A stretch of 32,342 nt of DNA from Candidatus Competibacter sp. (GTDB lineage: Bacteria > Pseudomonadota > Gammaproteobacteria > Competibacterales > Competibacteraceae): assembly GCA_031732875.1 (NCBI GenBank), contig JAVMKL010000101.1, positions 1-32,342 of the forward strand, written 5' to 3'. The position numbers were made by a program, and so were the translations under genes. Of the stretch, positions 9,272 to 18,533 are shown one piece after another. The notes below the pieces were generated by a model. That model made no database searches and was not told the DNA's origin. It was given only the letters and a program-made list of their open reading frames with translations. The first letter of the stretch is position 1; each line of letters begins with the position of its first letter.

Positions 9272-10681
9272 ATGGGCTATCTCATTGAAACGATTTATTT
9301 CCTGACGGCGGCGCTGTTCATCATCGGACTGAAGCGAATGTCGCATCCGACGACGGCCCGCAGCGGCATCGTCTGGGCCGGCTATGGGATGGTGCTGGCA
9401 ACCGTGGTCAGCTTCGTTCACCCGCAGATTACCGCGCATATCGTCGCGGCCAACTACGTGTTGATGGTGATCGCTATCGTCATCGGCGGCGCGATTGCCT
9501 GGTGGGGCGCCAAAAAGGTGCCGATGACCGCCATGCCGCAGATGATCGCCATTTACAACGGCATGGGCGGTGGCGCGGCGGCGGCGATTGCCGCGGTGGA
9601 ACTGCTCAAGAACCATGGTGACCAGTTGCCGCAGACCCACATCATGATCATGGCGGTGGCCGGCGCGCTGATCGGCGCCGTCGCCTTCTCCGGTTCGGTG
9701 GTCGCCTTCGGCAAATTGCAGGAACTCAAATTTTTCAAGGATGACGCCAAGTTCCGTTTCGAGGGACAACAGAAAGTCAATGCGGCGATTTTCGGCGCAG
9801 CGGTGGTGTTGGGCCTGGTGATCGCGTTGAGCCACAGTTCCAGCGGCGCGCTGATCACCGTGTTCTTCCTGCTGGCGCTGGCGTTTGGCGCGATGATGGC
9901 CCTGCCCATCGGCGGCGCGGACATGCCGGTGGTCATTTCGCTGTTCAACGCCTTCACCGGTCTGGCGGTGGCGCTGGAAGGCTTTGTGCTGGGTAACTCG
10001 GCCATGATCATCGCCGGCATCATCGTCGGCTCGTCAGGCACGCTGTTGACCTTGATGATGGCCAAAGCGATGAATCGCTCGGTGTCGAACGTGTTGTTCA
10101 GCAACTGGGCGGCGTTGGGCAGCGGCGAGGCGCAAGCGGTGACGGGCAGCCTCAAGCCGATGGAGCCGCCGGATGCGGCGATTCAGATGGCGTATGCGAG
10201 CAAGGTCATTATCGTACCCGGTTATGGCATGGCGGTCGCTCAGGCGCAGCACAAAATCTGGGAAATGTGCAAGCTGCTCATGGAGCGCGACGTCACGGTC
10301 AAGTTCGCCATTCATCCCGTTGCGGGCCGCATGCCCGGTCACATGAACGTGTTGCTGGCCGAAGCGGGGGTTCCCTACGATCTGATCTTCGATATGGAGG
10401 AGATCAACGAAGAGTTTTCTACCGCCGATGTAGCCCTGGTAATCGGCGCCAACGATGTGGTGAATCCGGCGGCGCGCACCGACAAGGCTAGCCCGATCTA
10501 CGGGATGCCGATCCTGAACGTGGATCACGCCAAGAACGTGCAGGTGATCAAACGCGGCAAGGGCGTGGGCTTCGCCGGCATCGAAAACGCACTGTTCTTC
10601 GCCGACAACACCCGGATGGTCTACGGCGACGCGCAAAAAGTTGCGGCAGGAATGATCCAAGGGATCAAGGATCTCGGCTAG
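9272..10681 (+). CDS. pntB: NAD(P) transhydrogenase subunit beta
   Basis: 469 aa with an N-terminal polytopic membrane domain and a C-terminal dIII NADP-binding domain (GYGMAVAQAQH...VKFAIHPVAGRMPGHMNVLLAEA). Confidence 0.9.
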   Translation: MGYLIETIYFLTAALFIIGLKRMSHPTTARSGIVWAGYGMVLATVVSFVHPQITAHIVAANYVLMVIAIVIGGAIAWWGAKKVPMTAMPQMIAIYNGMGGGAAAAIAAVELLKNHGDQLPQTHIMIMAVAGALIGAVAFSGSVVAFGKLQELKFFKDDAKFRFEGQQKVNAAIFGAAVVLGLVIALSHSSSGALITVFFLLALAFGAMMALPIGGADMPVVISLFNAFTGLAVALEGFVLGNSAMIIAGIIVGSSGTLLTLMMAKAMNRSVSNVLFSNWAALGSGEAQAVTGSLKPMEPPDAAIQMAYASKVIIVPGYGMAVAQAQHKIWEMCKLLMERDVTVKFAIHPVAGRMPGHMNVLLAEAGVPYDLIFDMEEINEEFSTADVALVIGANDVVNPAARTDKASPIYGMPILNVDHAKNVQVIKRGKGVGFAGIENALFFADNTRMVYGDAQKVAAGMIQGIKDLG

Positions 10682-10709
10682 AACTCGTCGCGATTCGCGT
10701 CAAAATCGC

Positions 10710-10738
10710 AAGGCGGCCTCCGGGCCGCCTTGTTTTTC
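10710..10738 (+). terminator. Rho-independent terminator of the pnt operon
   Basis: aaggcggcc-tccg-ggccgcctt perfect 9-bp stem followed by gtttttct, 29 nt after the pntB stop. Confidence 0.75.
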
Positions 10739-10951
10739 TGGAGTCCCGACTGGAACGTGACGAGCCACCAAAACAATCGCCTCGACGGTTTTGCCGGTGT
10801 GAGTTGGATCCGCGCCGGATGCCGGCCGGGCTATACTTTTTCGTGCTTCCTGGTTAGCGCGTTGCCGTATCATTCAGCCCTCGGGAAGTCATGGGGAAAC
10901 CGATAATCGCTGTTTGTTCCCGACGGTGCGGTTGGCGCAAAAGGCTCGCGG

Positions 10952-11746
10952 ATGCGAGCCACCCTGTTTGGCAAGGTATTGGCCAGGAGTTTCATCATAA
11001 TGATCGATTACAGCGCGATCGAGGAGGGGTTCGCCCAAGGAGAATTCTTCCTGCAGTATTTGCCGACTGTTTCTCTCGATGACGGTCGCTGCGTCGGCGC
11101 CGAGGCCCTTACCCGGTGGCATCGTCCGTCCGGGATGGTTCACCCCCATGAGTTCATCCCGATTCTGGAAAACACCCCGCTGTCCGGCCGTCTCACCTAT
11201 TGGGTGATCGACACGGTGGCGACCGAACTGTCCGATTGGCTCCGGGCGCACCCCGAAGCGCACGTCAGCATCAACGTGCCGCCGGAAATTCTCGGTCGAG
11301 GTGGGCTGGAATATGCTGGCGAGAAATCCGGGTTGCTGGAATTTGCCCGGCAAATCATTCTGGAAATCATCGAGCGGGGGATACCGGACCAGCTCGGGTT
11401 GCAAGCCCTCGCCGGCGCACCCGATTATGGGATCCGCTTCGCTCTCGACGATGTCACCATGAGCGGGGCCAATCTGGCGCTCCTGGCACGATGCCCCTTC
11501 AACATTATCAAGATCGACCGCGCGGCAGTCGGACAGATCGTGCCGGAAAATCCGCGTCCGCAGTGGCTCGAAGCGTTGGCGGCCCTGCTGCGGACGACGC
11601 ATCTGGACGTGATCGCCGAAGGAGTCGAAACCGCGTATCAGGCTGCGGCGCTGCGGGAGGCTGGAGTCAAGCTGGCCCAGGGATTTTATTTCGCCCGCCC
11701 GACTTCGGCCGCTGGTCTTCGCGAATTTCACGCTCGAAGTGGATAA
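10952..11746 (+). CDS. Stand-alone EAL-domain protein (putative c-di-GMP phosphodiesterase)
   Basis: GAEALTRW (EAL motif), IKIDRAAV, VIAEGVET and AQGFYFARP blocks. The start could be ATG 10952 or ATG 11000. Confidence 0.75.
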   Translation: MRATLFGKVLARSFIIMIDYSAIEEGFAQGEFFLQYLPTVSLDDGRCVGAEALTRWHRPSGMVHPHEFIPILENTPLSGRLTYWVIDTVATELSDWLRAHPEAHVSINVPPEILGRGGLEYAGEKSGLLEFARQIILEIIERGIPDQLGLQALAGAPDYGIRFALDDVTMSGANLALLARCPFNIIKIDRAAVGQIVPENPRPQWLEALAALLRTTHLDVIAEGVETAYQAAALREAGVKLAQGFYFARPTSAAGLREFHARSG

Positions 11747-11763
11747 GTCGAACGACTCCCCTC

Positions 11764-11782
11764 CCCCCTTTGCCAAAGGGGG
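11764..11782 (+). terminator. GC hairpin (cccccttt-g-c-caaaggggg) downstream of the EAL gene; possible terminator or binding palindrome
   Basis: Near-perfect 9-nt palindromic arms. No U-tract follows, so function is uncertain. Confidence 0.3.
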
Positions 11783-11875
11783 CCAGCGATACCGTGACGC
11801 GATGATTTGTCGTCGATTTCGGCTACCATGACGCTCTACTGGCTCGATCCCTTCCTCCCGACCGGAACCACCACG

Positions 11876-12835
11876 ATGCAAGAACTCCCTGCCGGACCTC
11901 ATGCCCTGGTGGCCGACATCGGCGGCACCAACGCCCGTTTCGCGCGGGTGGACGCCGATGGTCGGCCGTACGCCGAACGCAGCCTGCCCGGCGCTGACTT
12001 TCCGGGCCTGACCGCCGCTGCCAAGGCCTATCTCGATGCCACCGGCGGGTCGCGCCCGGTCCGGGCCGCCGTCGCGGTCGCCACGCCGGTGACCGGCGAC
12101 TGGATTCAGTTCACCAACAGCGACTGGTCGTTCTCGATCGAAGCCGCGCGGCGGGAGCTGGGACTGGAACGGCTGACCATCCTCAACGATTTCACCGCGC
12201 TGGCGCTGGCGCTGCCGCTGCTCGGCCCGGACGAACGCCGGACGGTCGGCGGCGGCGCGGCCGCGCCGGAAGCGCCCATCGGCCTGATCGGCGCGGGCAC
12301 TGGCCTGGGCGTGTCGGGACTGGTCTGGTCGGGCGAGCGCTGGATTCCCCTCCAGACCGAAGGTGGGCATGTGACCTTTGCTGCCGCTGACGAACGGGAG
12401 TGGGCGATCGGCCGGATCCTGCAACGGCGGTTCGGCCACGTCTCGCCGGAACGGCTGCTGTCCGGTCCCGGATTGATGAATCTCCACGCCGCGCTGGCCG
12501 AACTGGAAGGCTGGCCGGCCGAATCGCTGGATCCGGCCGACATCACCGACCGGGGCCTGACTGGGGCCTGCCCGCATTGCCGGGACGTGCTGGGCCTGTT
12601 CTGCGGCGCGCTGGGCGCGGCGGCCGGCAATCTGGCGCTTACGCTCGGCGCGCGGGGTGGGGTCTATATCGGCGGCGGCATCGTGCCCCGGCTCGGCGAC
12701 TTTTTTGACCGCTCGACGTTCCGCGCCCGGTTCGAAGCCAAGGGCCGGTTCAGTGGCTATCTGGCGACCATTCCCACTTGGGTGATTACTGCTGCCCATC
12801 CGGCGCTGCGCGGCGTGGCGGCGGCGCTGGACTGA
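11876..12835 (+). CDS. glk: Glucokinase
   Basis: ALVADIGGTNARFARV matches the Glk N-terminal ATP-binding motif (E. coli LVGDVGGTNARLAL), with similarity along the length. Start chosen at MQELPAGPH; ATG 11828 and TTG 11807 are alternatives. Confidence 0.8.
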   Translation: MQELPAGPHALVADIGGTNARFARVDADGRPYAERSLPGADFPGLTAAAKAYLDATGGSRPVRAAVAVATPVTGDWIQFTNSDWSFSIEAARRELGLERLTILNDFTALALALPLLGPDERRTVGGGAAAPEAPIGLIGAGTGLGVSGLVWSGERWIPLQTEGGHVTFAAADEREWAIGRILQRRFGHVSPERLLSGPGLMNLHAALAELEGWPAESLDPADITDRGLTGACPHCRDVLGLFCGALGAAAGNLALTLGARGGVYIGGGIVPRLGDFFDRSTFRARFEAKGRFSGYLATIPTWVITAAHPALRGVAAALD

Positions 12836-12892
12836 CTGGATTAAAGCGGCGACGGCGGCACCGCCAGCAGGGTGAGGGCGGTAGTGCTTCAA

Positions 12893-12975
12893 ATGTGGAT
12901 GCTGAATTATAAGATATTGTATTAATAAAATTATTTATAAATTTGAATCCATATTCACATCAGGAACACTACCGA
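12893..12975 (+). promoter_or_regulatory. Sharply AT-rich promoter/regulatory island upstream of the CBS-domain gene
   Basis: ~80 nt of 'aatgtggatgctgaattataagatattgtattaataaaattatttataaatttgaatccatattcacat' in an otherwise ~65% GC context. GAGG SD lies 7 nt before ATG 12990. Confidence 0.3.
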
Positions 12976-12989
12976 TAACGAGGCGAATC

Positions 12990-13475
12990 ATGCAACCAGG
13001 GCAGCATCCCCGTGTCGCGCACCCGACGCTGAAGCAAGTACTCGCGCAAAAGCCACGCGACCTGCATGTGGTCGACATCGACGCAACGGTGCTGGATGCC
13101 TTGCGAGTGATGGCCGAACGGGATGTCGGGGCCGTTCTGATACTGGACGGCAAACGCCCGGTCGGCCTGTTTACCGAACGTGACTTTGCCCGCCATACCG
13201 TTTCCGATGGCAGCCCGGTTCATCTGACACCGGTCCGCCAAGTGATGGCCGGGAATATCGTTTTTGCCACGCCCGAGCAGACGGTGTTGCAAGGCATGGC
13301 GCTGATGCGCGAACGGTGGCTTCGCTACCTCACGGTGCTCGAAAACGGCCATCCGCTGGGGATGCTATCGATCGGTGATCTACTCGAGGAAATCATCGCC
13401 TACCAGGAACGCGTCCTGAATGCCATCGAGTTAGACCAGCTCGTGCTGTTTGCCCGTGGAACGTACAGTTGCTGA
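12990..13475 (+). CDS. CBS-domain pair protein
   Basis: Two CBS-like repeats (VLDALRVMAERDVGAVLIL...GLFTERDF / VLQGMALMRERWLRYLTVL...GMLSIGDLL). Confidence 0.75.
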   Translation: MQPGQHPRVAHPTLKQVLAQKPRDLHVVDIDATVLDALRVMAERDVGAVLILDGKRPVGLFTERDFARHTVSDGSPVHLTPVRQVMAGNIVFATPEQTVLQGMALMRERWLRYLTVLENGHPLGMLSIGDLLEEIIAYQERVLNAIELDQLVLFARGTYSC

Positions 13476-13487
13476 TCGCGCCTTCCC

Positions 13488-14396
13488 TCATTCCTCGCCG
13501 TGGAGGAACAGCCGGCGATGCGCGTCGGCCAGCGAGCGCAGGTAATCCCAGACCACCCGCACCCGCTTGAGTCGCAGCCGGTCTGCATGAGCGGCCAGCC
13601 AGAACGTATGCTGGAAAGAGGCTTCATCCGGCAGCACCTTGATCAGACGTGGATCGCTGGCTCCGATGTAAGGCGCCAGTACCGCCAGCCCAACCCCAGT
13701 CAAGGCCGCTTCCTTGTGCGCCAGCATGCTGGTGCTGCAGAAGCGCAAATTCGGTTTATCGCAGAGTTTTTCGAGAAACCGTAATTCCTGGCTGAGCAAA
13801 TAGTCGTCGATATAGGCGATGAAGGGATGATCCGCCAGATCGGCACGGGACCGAATCGGCGGATGCGCCGCCAGATAATCCCTGGCCCCATACAGAAAAT
13901 AAGTGAAGTCGCTCCAGCGGGTCACTACATAAGGTCCCCGGCGCGGCGGTTCCAGGGTAATCGCTAAATCCGCCTCGCGGCTGGCCAGATTTGCCAGCCG
14001 GGGCAGAGCCAGCAATTCCAGGGTCAAGCGGGGATGTTCGTCGAGCAGTGGTTTGATCCGCGGCGTCAAAAAAATTACCGCCAGTCCTTCGGGAATGCCC
14101 AGCCGCACTTCGCCGCTGATCGCTACATCCCGATCCGCCAGTTCCTCCGATACCACAGCCACCGTGGATTCGACCATCTCCGCCATGGGCAATAGCGCTT
14201 GGCCAGCCTCGGTCAGGATGAGCCCATCGGGGCGACGGTCGAACAGCCGGGTACCCATCGCCCGTTCGAGCGCATCGATCCGGCGAGCCACCGTGCTATG
14301 TTCGACTCCCAATCGTCGAGCGGCGGGACTTAATCGTCCCAACCGCGCTACTGCCAAAAAATAGCGCAGGTCGTTCCAATCCATTTCGCGTTTCAT
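13488..14396 (-). CDS. LysR-family transcriptional regulator
   Basis: MDWNDLRYFLAVARLGRLSPAARRLGVEHSTVARRIDALE is a LysR wHTH, followed by a substrate-binding domain. Start taken at ATG 14396 (MKREMDW), which has a GAGAGG SD. The track start at 14414 lacks an SD. Confidence 0.85.
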   Translation of the reverse strand: MKREMDWNDLRYFLAVARLGRLSPAARRLGVEHSTVARRIDALERAMGTRLFDRRPDGLILTEAGQALLPMAEMVESTVAVVSEELADRDVAISGEVRLGIPEGLAVIFLTPRIKPLLDEHPRLTLELLALPRLANLASREADLAITLEPPRRGPYVVTRWSDFTYFLYGARDYLAAHPPIRSRADLADHPFIAYIDDYLLSQELRFLEKLCDKPNLRFCSTSMLAHKEAALTGVGLAVLAPYIGASDPRLIKVLPDEASFQHTFWLAAHADRLRLKRVRVVWDYLRSLADAHRRLFLHGEE

Positions 14397-14663
14397 CGCA
14401 TTCCTCTCCGCCATTCTTGCGTAACCGGCCCAACCAGATTTGAGGCTTGTTGTTTATTTATGCACTGAGTTTTCAATATTTTTGGGAATTTTCACCCATC
14501 CTGAGAGCGATTACAGTTAATTTGTCAGGTTTCATCCGTCGTTCGCGATTTGCCAATCCTGCCGCAACTAGAATTTATTTCGGATAGCGGGAGCGATCGG
14601 CCGTCATGGATCGGTTGCAACCGGACACTTCTCACAACGACATCCACCAAGAGGTTAAGCACG
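14397..14663. promoter_or_regulatory. Divergent promoter region between the LysR regulator and the permease / CoA-transferase operon
   Basis: 267-bp AT-rich intergenic region (ttatttatgcactgagttttcaatatttttgggaattttcac...) between divergently oriented genes. This is the expected location of LysR T-N11-A boxes, but no site was defined confidently. Confidence 0.35.
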
Positions 14664-16058
14664 ATGAGTTTCCTGATCGTCATTGGAGCGTTGATCCTGT
14701 TGATGTACGTGGCCTACAAGGGCCATAGCGTGGTGCTGTTCGCGCCTGTCGCCGCCCTGCTGGCGGTGCTGCTGACCGATCCGATTTTGGTTGCGCCGAT
14801 GTATCTCGGCGTGTTCATGGACAAGATGGTCAGCTTCATCAAGCTGTACTTCCCGGTATTCATGCTGGGAGCGGTGTTCGGCAAGGTGGTCGAGTTGTCC
14901 GGCTACTCGAAATCCATCGTGTCGGCGGTGGTCGACGCCATCGGCCACGAGCGGGCAATGCTGTCCATCGTTGTGGTGTGCGCGATCCTTACCTACGGCG
15001 GGGTTTCCCTGTTCGTGGTGGTGTTCGCGGTCTATCCGTTCGCAGCGGAACTGTTCCGGCAGACCCACATCCCGAAACGGCTGATTCCCGGCACGATTGC
15101 ATTAGGGGCGTTCACCTTCACCATGGATTCGCTGCCCGGCACTCCACAGATTCAAAATATCATTCCGACCTCCTTCTTCAACACCACCACCTGGGCCGCC
15201 CCCTGGCTGGGCGTAGTCGGCGGCGTGTTTATCTTCATTGTCGGGATGCTCTATCTCAACTGGCAACGCCGCCGCGCCGAAGTGGCCGGCGAAAGCTACG
15301 GGACCAACCTGATCAACGAGCCGGAACCGTTCACCCACGAAAAGCTGCCCAATCCCATCCTCGCCATCACCCCCCTGCTCCTGGTGGGCATCCTCAATTT
15401 CGCTTTCACCCAACTGGTGCCGATTCTGTACGGCCAAAAATTCGAGCTGACCATGACTGGGATCGGGGCCAAGCCGGTGCCGTTTGAAATCCCCAAGGTT
15501 GCAGCGATCTGGGCGGTGCAAGCGGCGCTGCTGGTGGGCATTCTGTTCGTGGTCATCACCGCCTGGAGGCCGATCAAGGAGAAATTCGCCGAAGGCGCCA
15601 AGTCGGCGGTAGCCGGGTCGCTGCTGGCATCGATGAACACCGCCTCGGAATACGGCTTCGGTGGCGTCATCGCCTCGCTGCCAGGATTCCTGGTGGTGGC
15701 CGATGCGCTACGGGCGATTCCCAACCCGCTGGTCAACGAAGCGATCACCGTCACCACCCTGGCCGGTATCACCGGCTCGGCATCGGGCGGCATGAGCATC
15801 GCCCTCGCTACCATGTCCAACCATTTCATCGAAGTCGCCAAAGCCGCTGACATCCCGCTGGAAGTGCTGCACCGCGTCGCCTCGATGGCCAGCGGTGGCA
15901 TGGACACGCTGCCGCACAACGGCGCGGTCATCACTTTGCTGGCAGTGACCGGTCTGACCCACAAACAGTCCTACAAGGACATCTTCGCGATTACCGTGAT
16001 CAAGACCAGCGCGGTATTCGTGGTGATCGCCTTCTTCTATCTGACCGGCATCTACTGA
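14664..16058 (+). CDS. GntP-family permease (gluconate / short-chain hydroxy-acid:H+ symporter family)
   Basis: 464-aa polytopic membrane protein with GntP-like N-terminal (MSFLIVIGALILLMYVAYKG) and C-terminal (TLPHNGAVITLLAVTGL) blocks. GAGG SD present. Confidence 0.75.
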   Translation: MSFLIVIGALILLMYVAYKGHSVVLFAPVAALLAVLLTDPILVAPMYLGVFMDKMVSFIKLYFPVFMLGAVFGKVVELSGYSKSIVSAVVDAIGHERAMLSIVVVCAILTYGGVSLFVVVFAVYPFAAELFRQTHIPKRLIPGTIALGAFTFTMDSLPGTPQIQNIIPTSFFNTTTWAAPWLGVVGGVFIFIVGMLYLNWQRRRAEVAGESYGTNLINEPEPFTHEKLPNPILAITPLLLVGILNFAFTQLVPILYGQKFELTMTGIGAKPVPFEIPKVAAIWAVQAALLVGILFVVITAWRPIKEKFAEGAKSAVAGSLLASMNTASEYGFGGVIASLPGFLVVADALRAIPNPLVNEAITVTTLAGITGSASGGMSIALATMSNHFIEVAKAADIPLEVLHRVASMASGGMDTLPHNGAVITLLAVTGLTHKQSYKDIFAITVIKTSAVFVVIAFFYLTGIY

Positions 16059-16126
16059 CCTGATCCGTGACGGGGCACGATCCACTTCATCGCGCCCCGT
16101 TCACTACCCAAAGGAGGAACAACGCC

Positions 16127-18139
16127 ATGCAACATCCTCTGCTTGCCTCGCTGCGCATCCCCGAACGCGGCAAGGTCGTCAGTGCCCGCGAGGCCGTCAG
16201 CCTGATCCGTCCCGGCGACGCCGTCGCCACCAGCGGCTTCGTCGGCACCGGTTTCGCCGAAGACATCGCTCGCGCGCTGGAGGAACTCTATCTTGCCCCC
16301 GAGGGCGATCCGAACGCGCCCGGCTTGGAAAAACCGCGTGATTTGACCCTGGTCTACGCCGCCGGCCAAGGCGACGGCAAAGAGCGCGGGCTCAATCATT
16401 TGGGCCACGCGGGACTGGTCAAACGAGTTATTGGCGGCCACTGGGGCCTGGTGCCGAAGCTGCAAGCGCTGGCGGTGGCCGACCAAATCGAAGCTTACAA
16501 CCTGCCGCAGGGCGTGATCACCCATCTGTATCGCGACATCGCTGCCGGCAAGCCGGGCACCCTGACCAAGGTCGGGCTGGGCACGTTCGTCGATCCGCGT
16601 TACGGCGGCGGCAAGCTCAACGCCATCACCCAGGACGATTTGGTCGAACTGATGGTGATCGGCGGTCACGAATATCTGCTTTACAAGGCGTTCCCGATCA
16701 ATGTCGGCATCATCCGGGCCACCACCGCCGACATCGACGGCAACCTGACCATGGAAAAGGAGGCCCTGACCCTGGAGTCGCTGGCGATCGCCACCGCGGT
16801 CCGCAATTCGGGTGGCATCGTCATCGCCCAGGTGGAGCGGGTGGCCGAGCGCGGTTTCATGCGACCCAAGGACGTGCGGGTACCGGGAATCCTGGTGGAT
16901 TGCATCGTGGTCGCGCCGCCGGAACACCATTGGCAGACTTTCGCCACCCCGTACAACCCGGCCTTTTCCGGTGAAATCAAGATACCGCTGGCCTCGATTC
17001 CGCCGATCCCGATGAGCGAGCGCAAGATCATCGCTCGCCGGGCGGCGCTGGAACTGACGCCCAACGCCATCGTGAATCTGGGCATCGGCATGCCGGAGAG
17101 CGTGGCGAACGTCGCCGCCGAGGAAAAGATCATCGATCTGCTCACCCTGACCGCCGAACCGGGGGTGGTGGGCGGCATTCCAGCCGGCGGGCTGGACTTC
17201 GGCGCGTCCACCAACGTGCAGGCCATCATCGACCAGCCGAACCAGTTCGATTTCTACGACGGTGGCGGCCTGGACATCGCGGTGCTGGGCATGGCCGAGG
17301 TGGATCGGTACGGCAATCTCAACGTCTCGAAATTCGGGCCCAGGATCGCCGGCGCCGGCGGATTCATCAATATCAGTCAGAATTCCCGGAAAGTGGTATT
17401 CGCCGGGACCTTCACCGCCGGCGGTCTGGACATCGCGGTGGAACAGGGCCAACTGTGCATCCGGCGCGAAGGGAAAACCGCCAAGTTCGTCGAGACGGTC
17501 GAGCAACGAACCTTCAGCGGCGAGGTCGCCAGTCGTCACAAGCAGCCGGTGCTTTATGTCACCGAGCGGGCGGTGTTCAGGCTGACGGTGGAGGGACCGG
17601 AATTGATCGAGATCGCCCCGGGCATCGATCTGGAACGCGACGTACTGGCCCACATGAAGTTCCAGCCCCGCGTCAGCGCCCAACTGCGGCGGATGGATGC
17701 CCGCATCTTTGGCGAGGAACCCATGGGGCTGCGCGATATCCTGCTGGCGCAACCGCTGGAGCAACGGCTGTCCTACGATCCGGTCAAGAATCTGTTTTTC
17801 CTGAACTTCGAATGGTTGACGGTGCGCAGTCGCGAGGATATCGAAAACATCCGGGCAGCGGTCAGCGGCAAGCTGGAACCGCTGGGCAAGAAAGTGTTCG
17901 CCATCGTCAATTACGACAATTTTTCGATCAGCCCGGAACTGTTGCGGGAATACATGGACATGGTGAGCGAAGTGGTGCAGCGTTATTACATCGGCGTGAC
18001 CCGCTATACCACCAGCGCGTTCCTGCGGGCCCGGCTGGGCGACGCCCTCCGGGAACGCGACCTGGCGCCCCAGATTTACGAAACCGCCGCCGAAGCAGCG
18101 TCGCGGCTCAATCCCTCGCAAGACCTTAACAACCCCTGA
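16127..18139 (+). CDS. Family I CoA-transferase (fused alpha/beta, acetate/propionate CoA-transferase-like)
   Basis: 670 aa, with N- and C-terminal 3-oxoacid CoA-transferase-like halves ([10 protein letters not shown]...GGHWGLVP...; [12 protein letters not shown]...GGLDFGAS...[10 protein letters not shown]). AAGGAGG SD lies 9 nt upstream of ATG 16127. Confidence 0.8.
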   Translation: MQHPLLASLRIPERGKVVSAREAVSLIRPGDAVATSGFVGTGFAEDIARALEELYLAPEGDPNAPGLEKPRDLTLVYAAGQGDGKERGLNHLGHAGLVKRVIGGHWGLVPKLQALAVADQIEAYNLPQGVITHLYRDIAAGKPGTLTKVGLGTFVDPRYGGGKLNAITQDDLVELMVIGGHEYLLYKAFPINVGIIRATTADIDGNLTMEKEALTLESLAIATAVRNSGGIVIAQVERVAERGFMRPKDVRVPGILVDCIVVAPPEHHWQTFATPYNPAFSGEIKIPLASIPPIPMSERKIIARRAALELTPNAIVNLGIGMPESVANVAAEEKIIDLLTLTAEPGVVGGIPAGGLDFGASTNVQAIIDQPNQFDFYDGGGLDIAVLGMAEVDRYGNLNVSKFGPRIAGAGGFINISQNSRKVVFAGTFTAGGLDIAVEQGQLCIRREGKTAKFVETVEQRTFSGEVASRHKQPVLYVTERAVFRLTVEGPELIEIAPGIDLERDVLAHMKFQPRVSAQLRRMDARIFGEEPMGLRDILLAQPLEQRLSYDPVKNLFFLNFEWLTVRSREDIENIRAAVSGKLEPLGKKVFAIVNYDNFSISPELLREYMDMVSEVVQRYYIGVTRYTTSAFLRARLGDALRERDLAPQIYETAAEAASRLNPSQDLNNP

Positions 18140-18217
18140 AACTCCGCAACGGGCCGACGTCTCGACTCAGGATGCCGGCCCATGAAACTTCCCGTACTCC
18201 GATAGAGGATACGCAAC

Positions 18218-18409
18218 ATGAACACCACCACCCCGAATCTCGATGCCGCCCTGGCCGAACTCGACCGCGCGCGCGAACTGTTGATCTTATTGCTGAAACT
18301 GGACAACGCGACCGAGTTGAGCGAGGAAGACACCGTGCTTCACACCCTGAGCGACCATATCAACGCCGCTTATGCTCTGTTGGCGGAAACGACCGGCCGA
18401 CCCGAATAA
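18218..18409 (+). CDS. Small hypothetical protein (63 aa, predicted helical)
   Basis: AGAGGA SD lies 8 nt upstream of the ATG. GC3-rich codon usage is consistent with coding. No family recognised. Confidence 0.4.
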   Translation: MNTTTPNLDAALAELDRARELLILLLKLDNATELSEEDTVLHTLSDHINAAYALLAETTGRPE

Positions 18410-18533
18410 AGCCGGTATCCACGCTGCGCCATTCTCCCCGCTCCGCGGCCCGTCGGCCTGGGGGGGCGGCTCTCTGGATCGGCGTGGGTTCTCCAGTTGA
18501 AGGGTCGAGGCCGGCGCAGCGCGCGGGCCGGCA

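Noticed and set aside
10889-12892. 667-aa minus-strand ORF overlapping EAL and glk
   Set aside because: Same reasoning: an antisense GC-rich artefact with no motifs, while the sense genes (EAL, glk) are clearly recognisable.
16052-18121. 689-aa minus-strand ORF opposite the CoA-transferase
   Set aside because: Antisense frame artefact. The plus-strand gene has a perfect AAGGAGG SD and clear family motifs.
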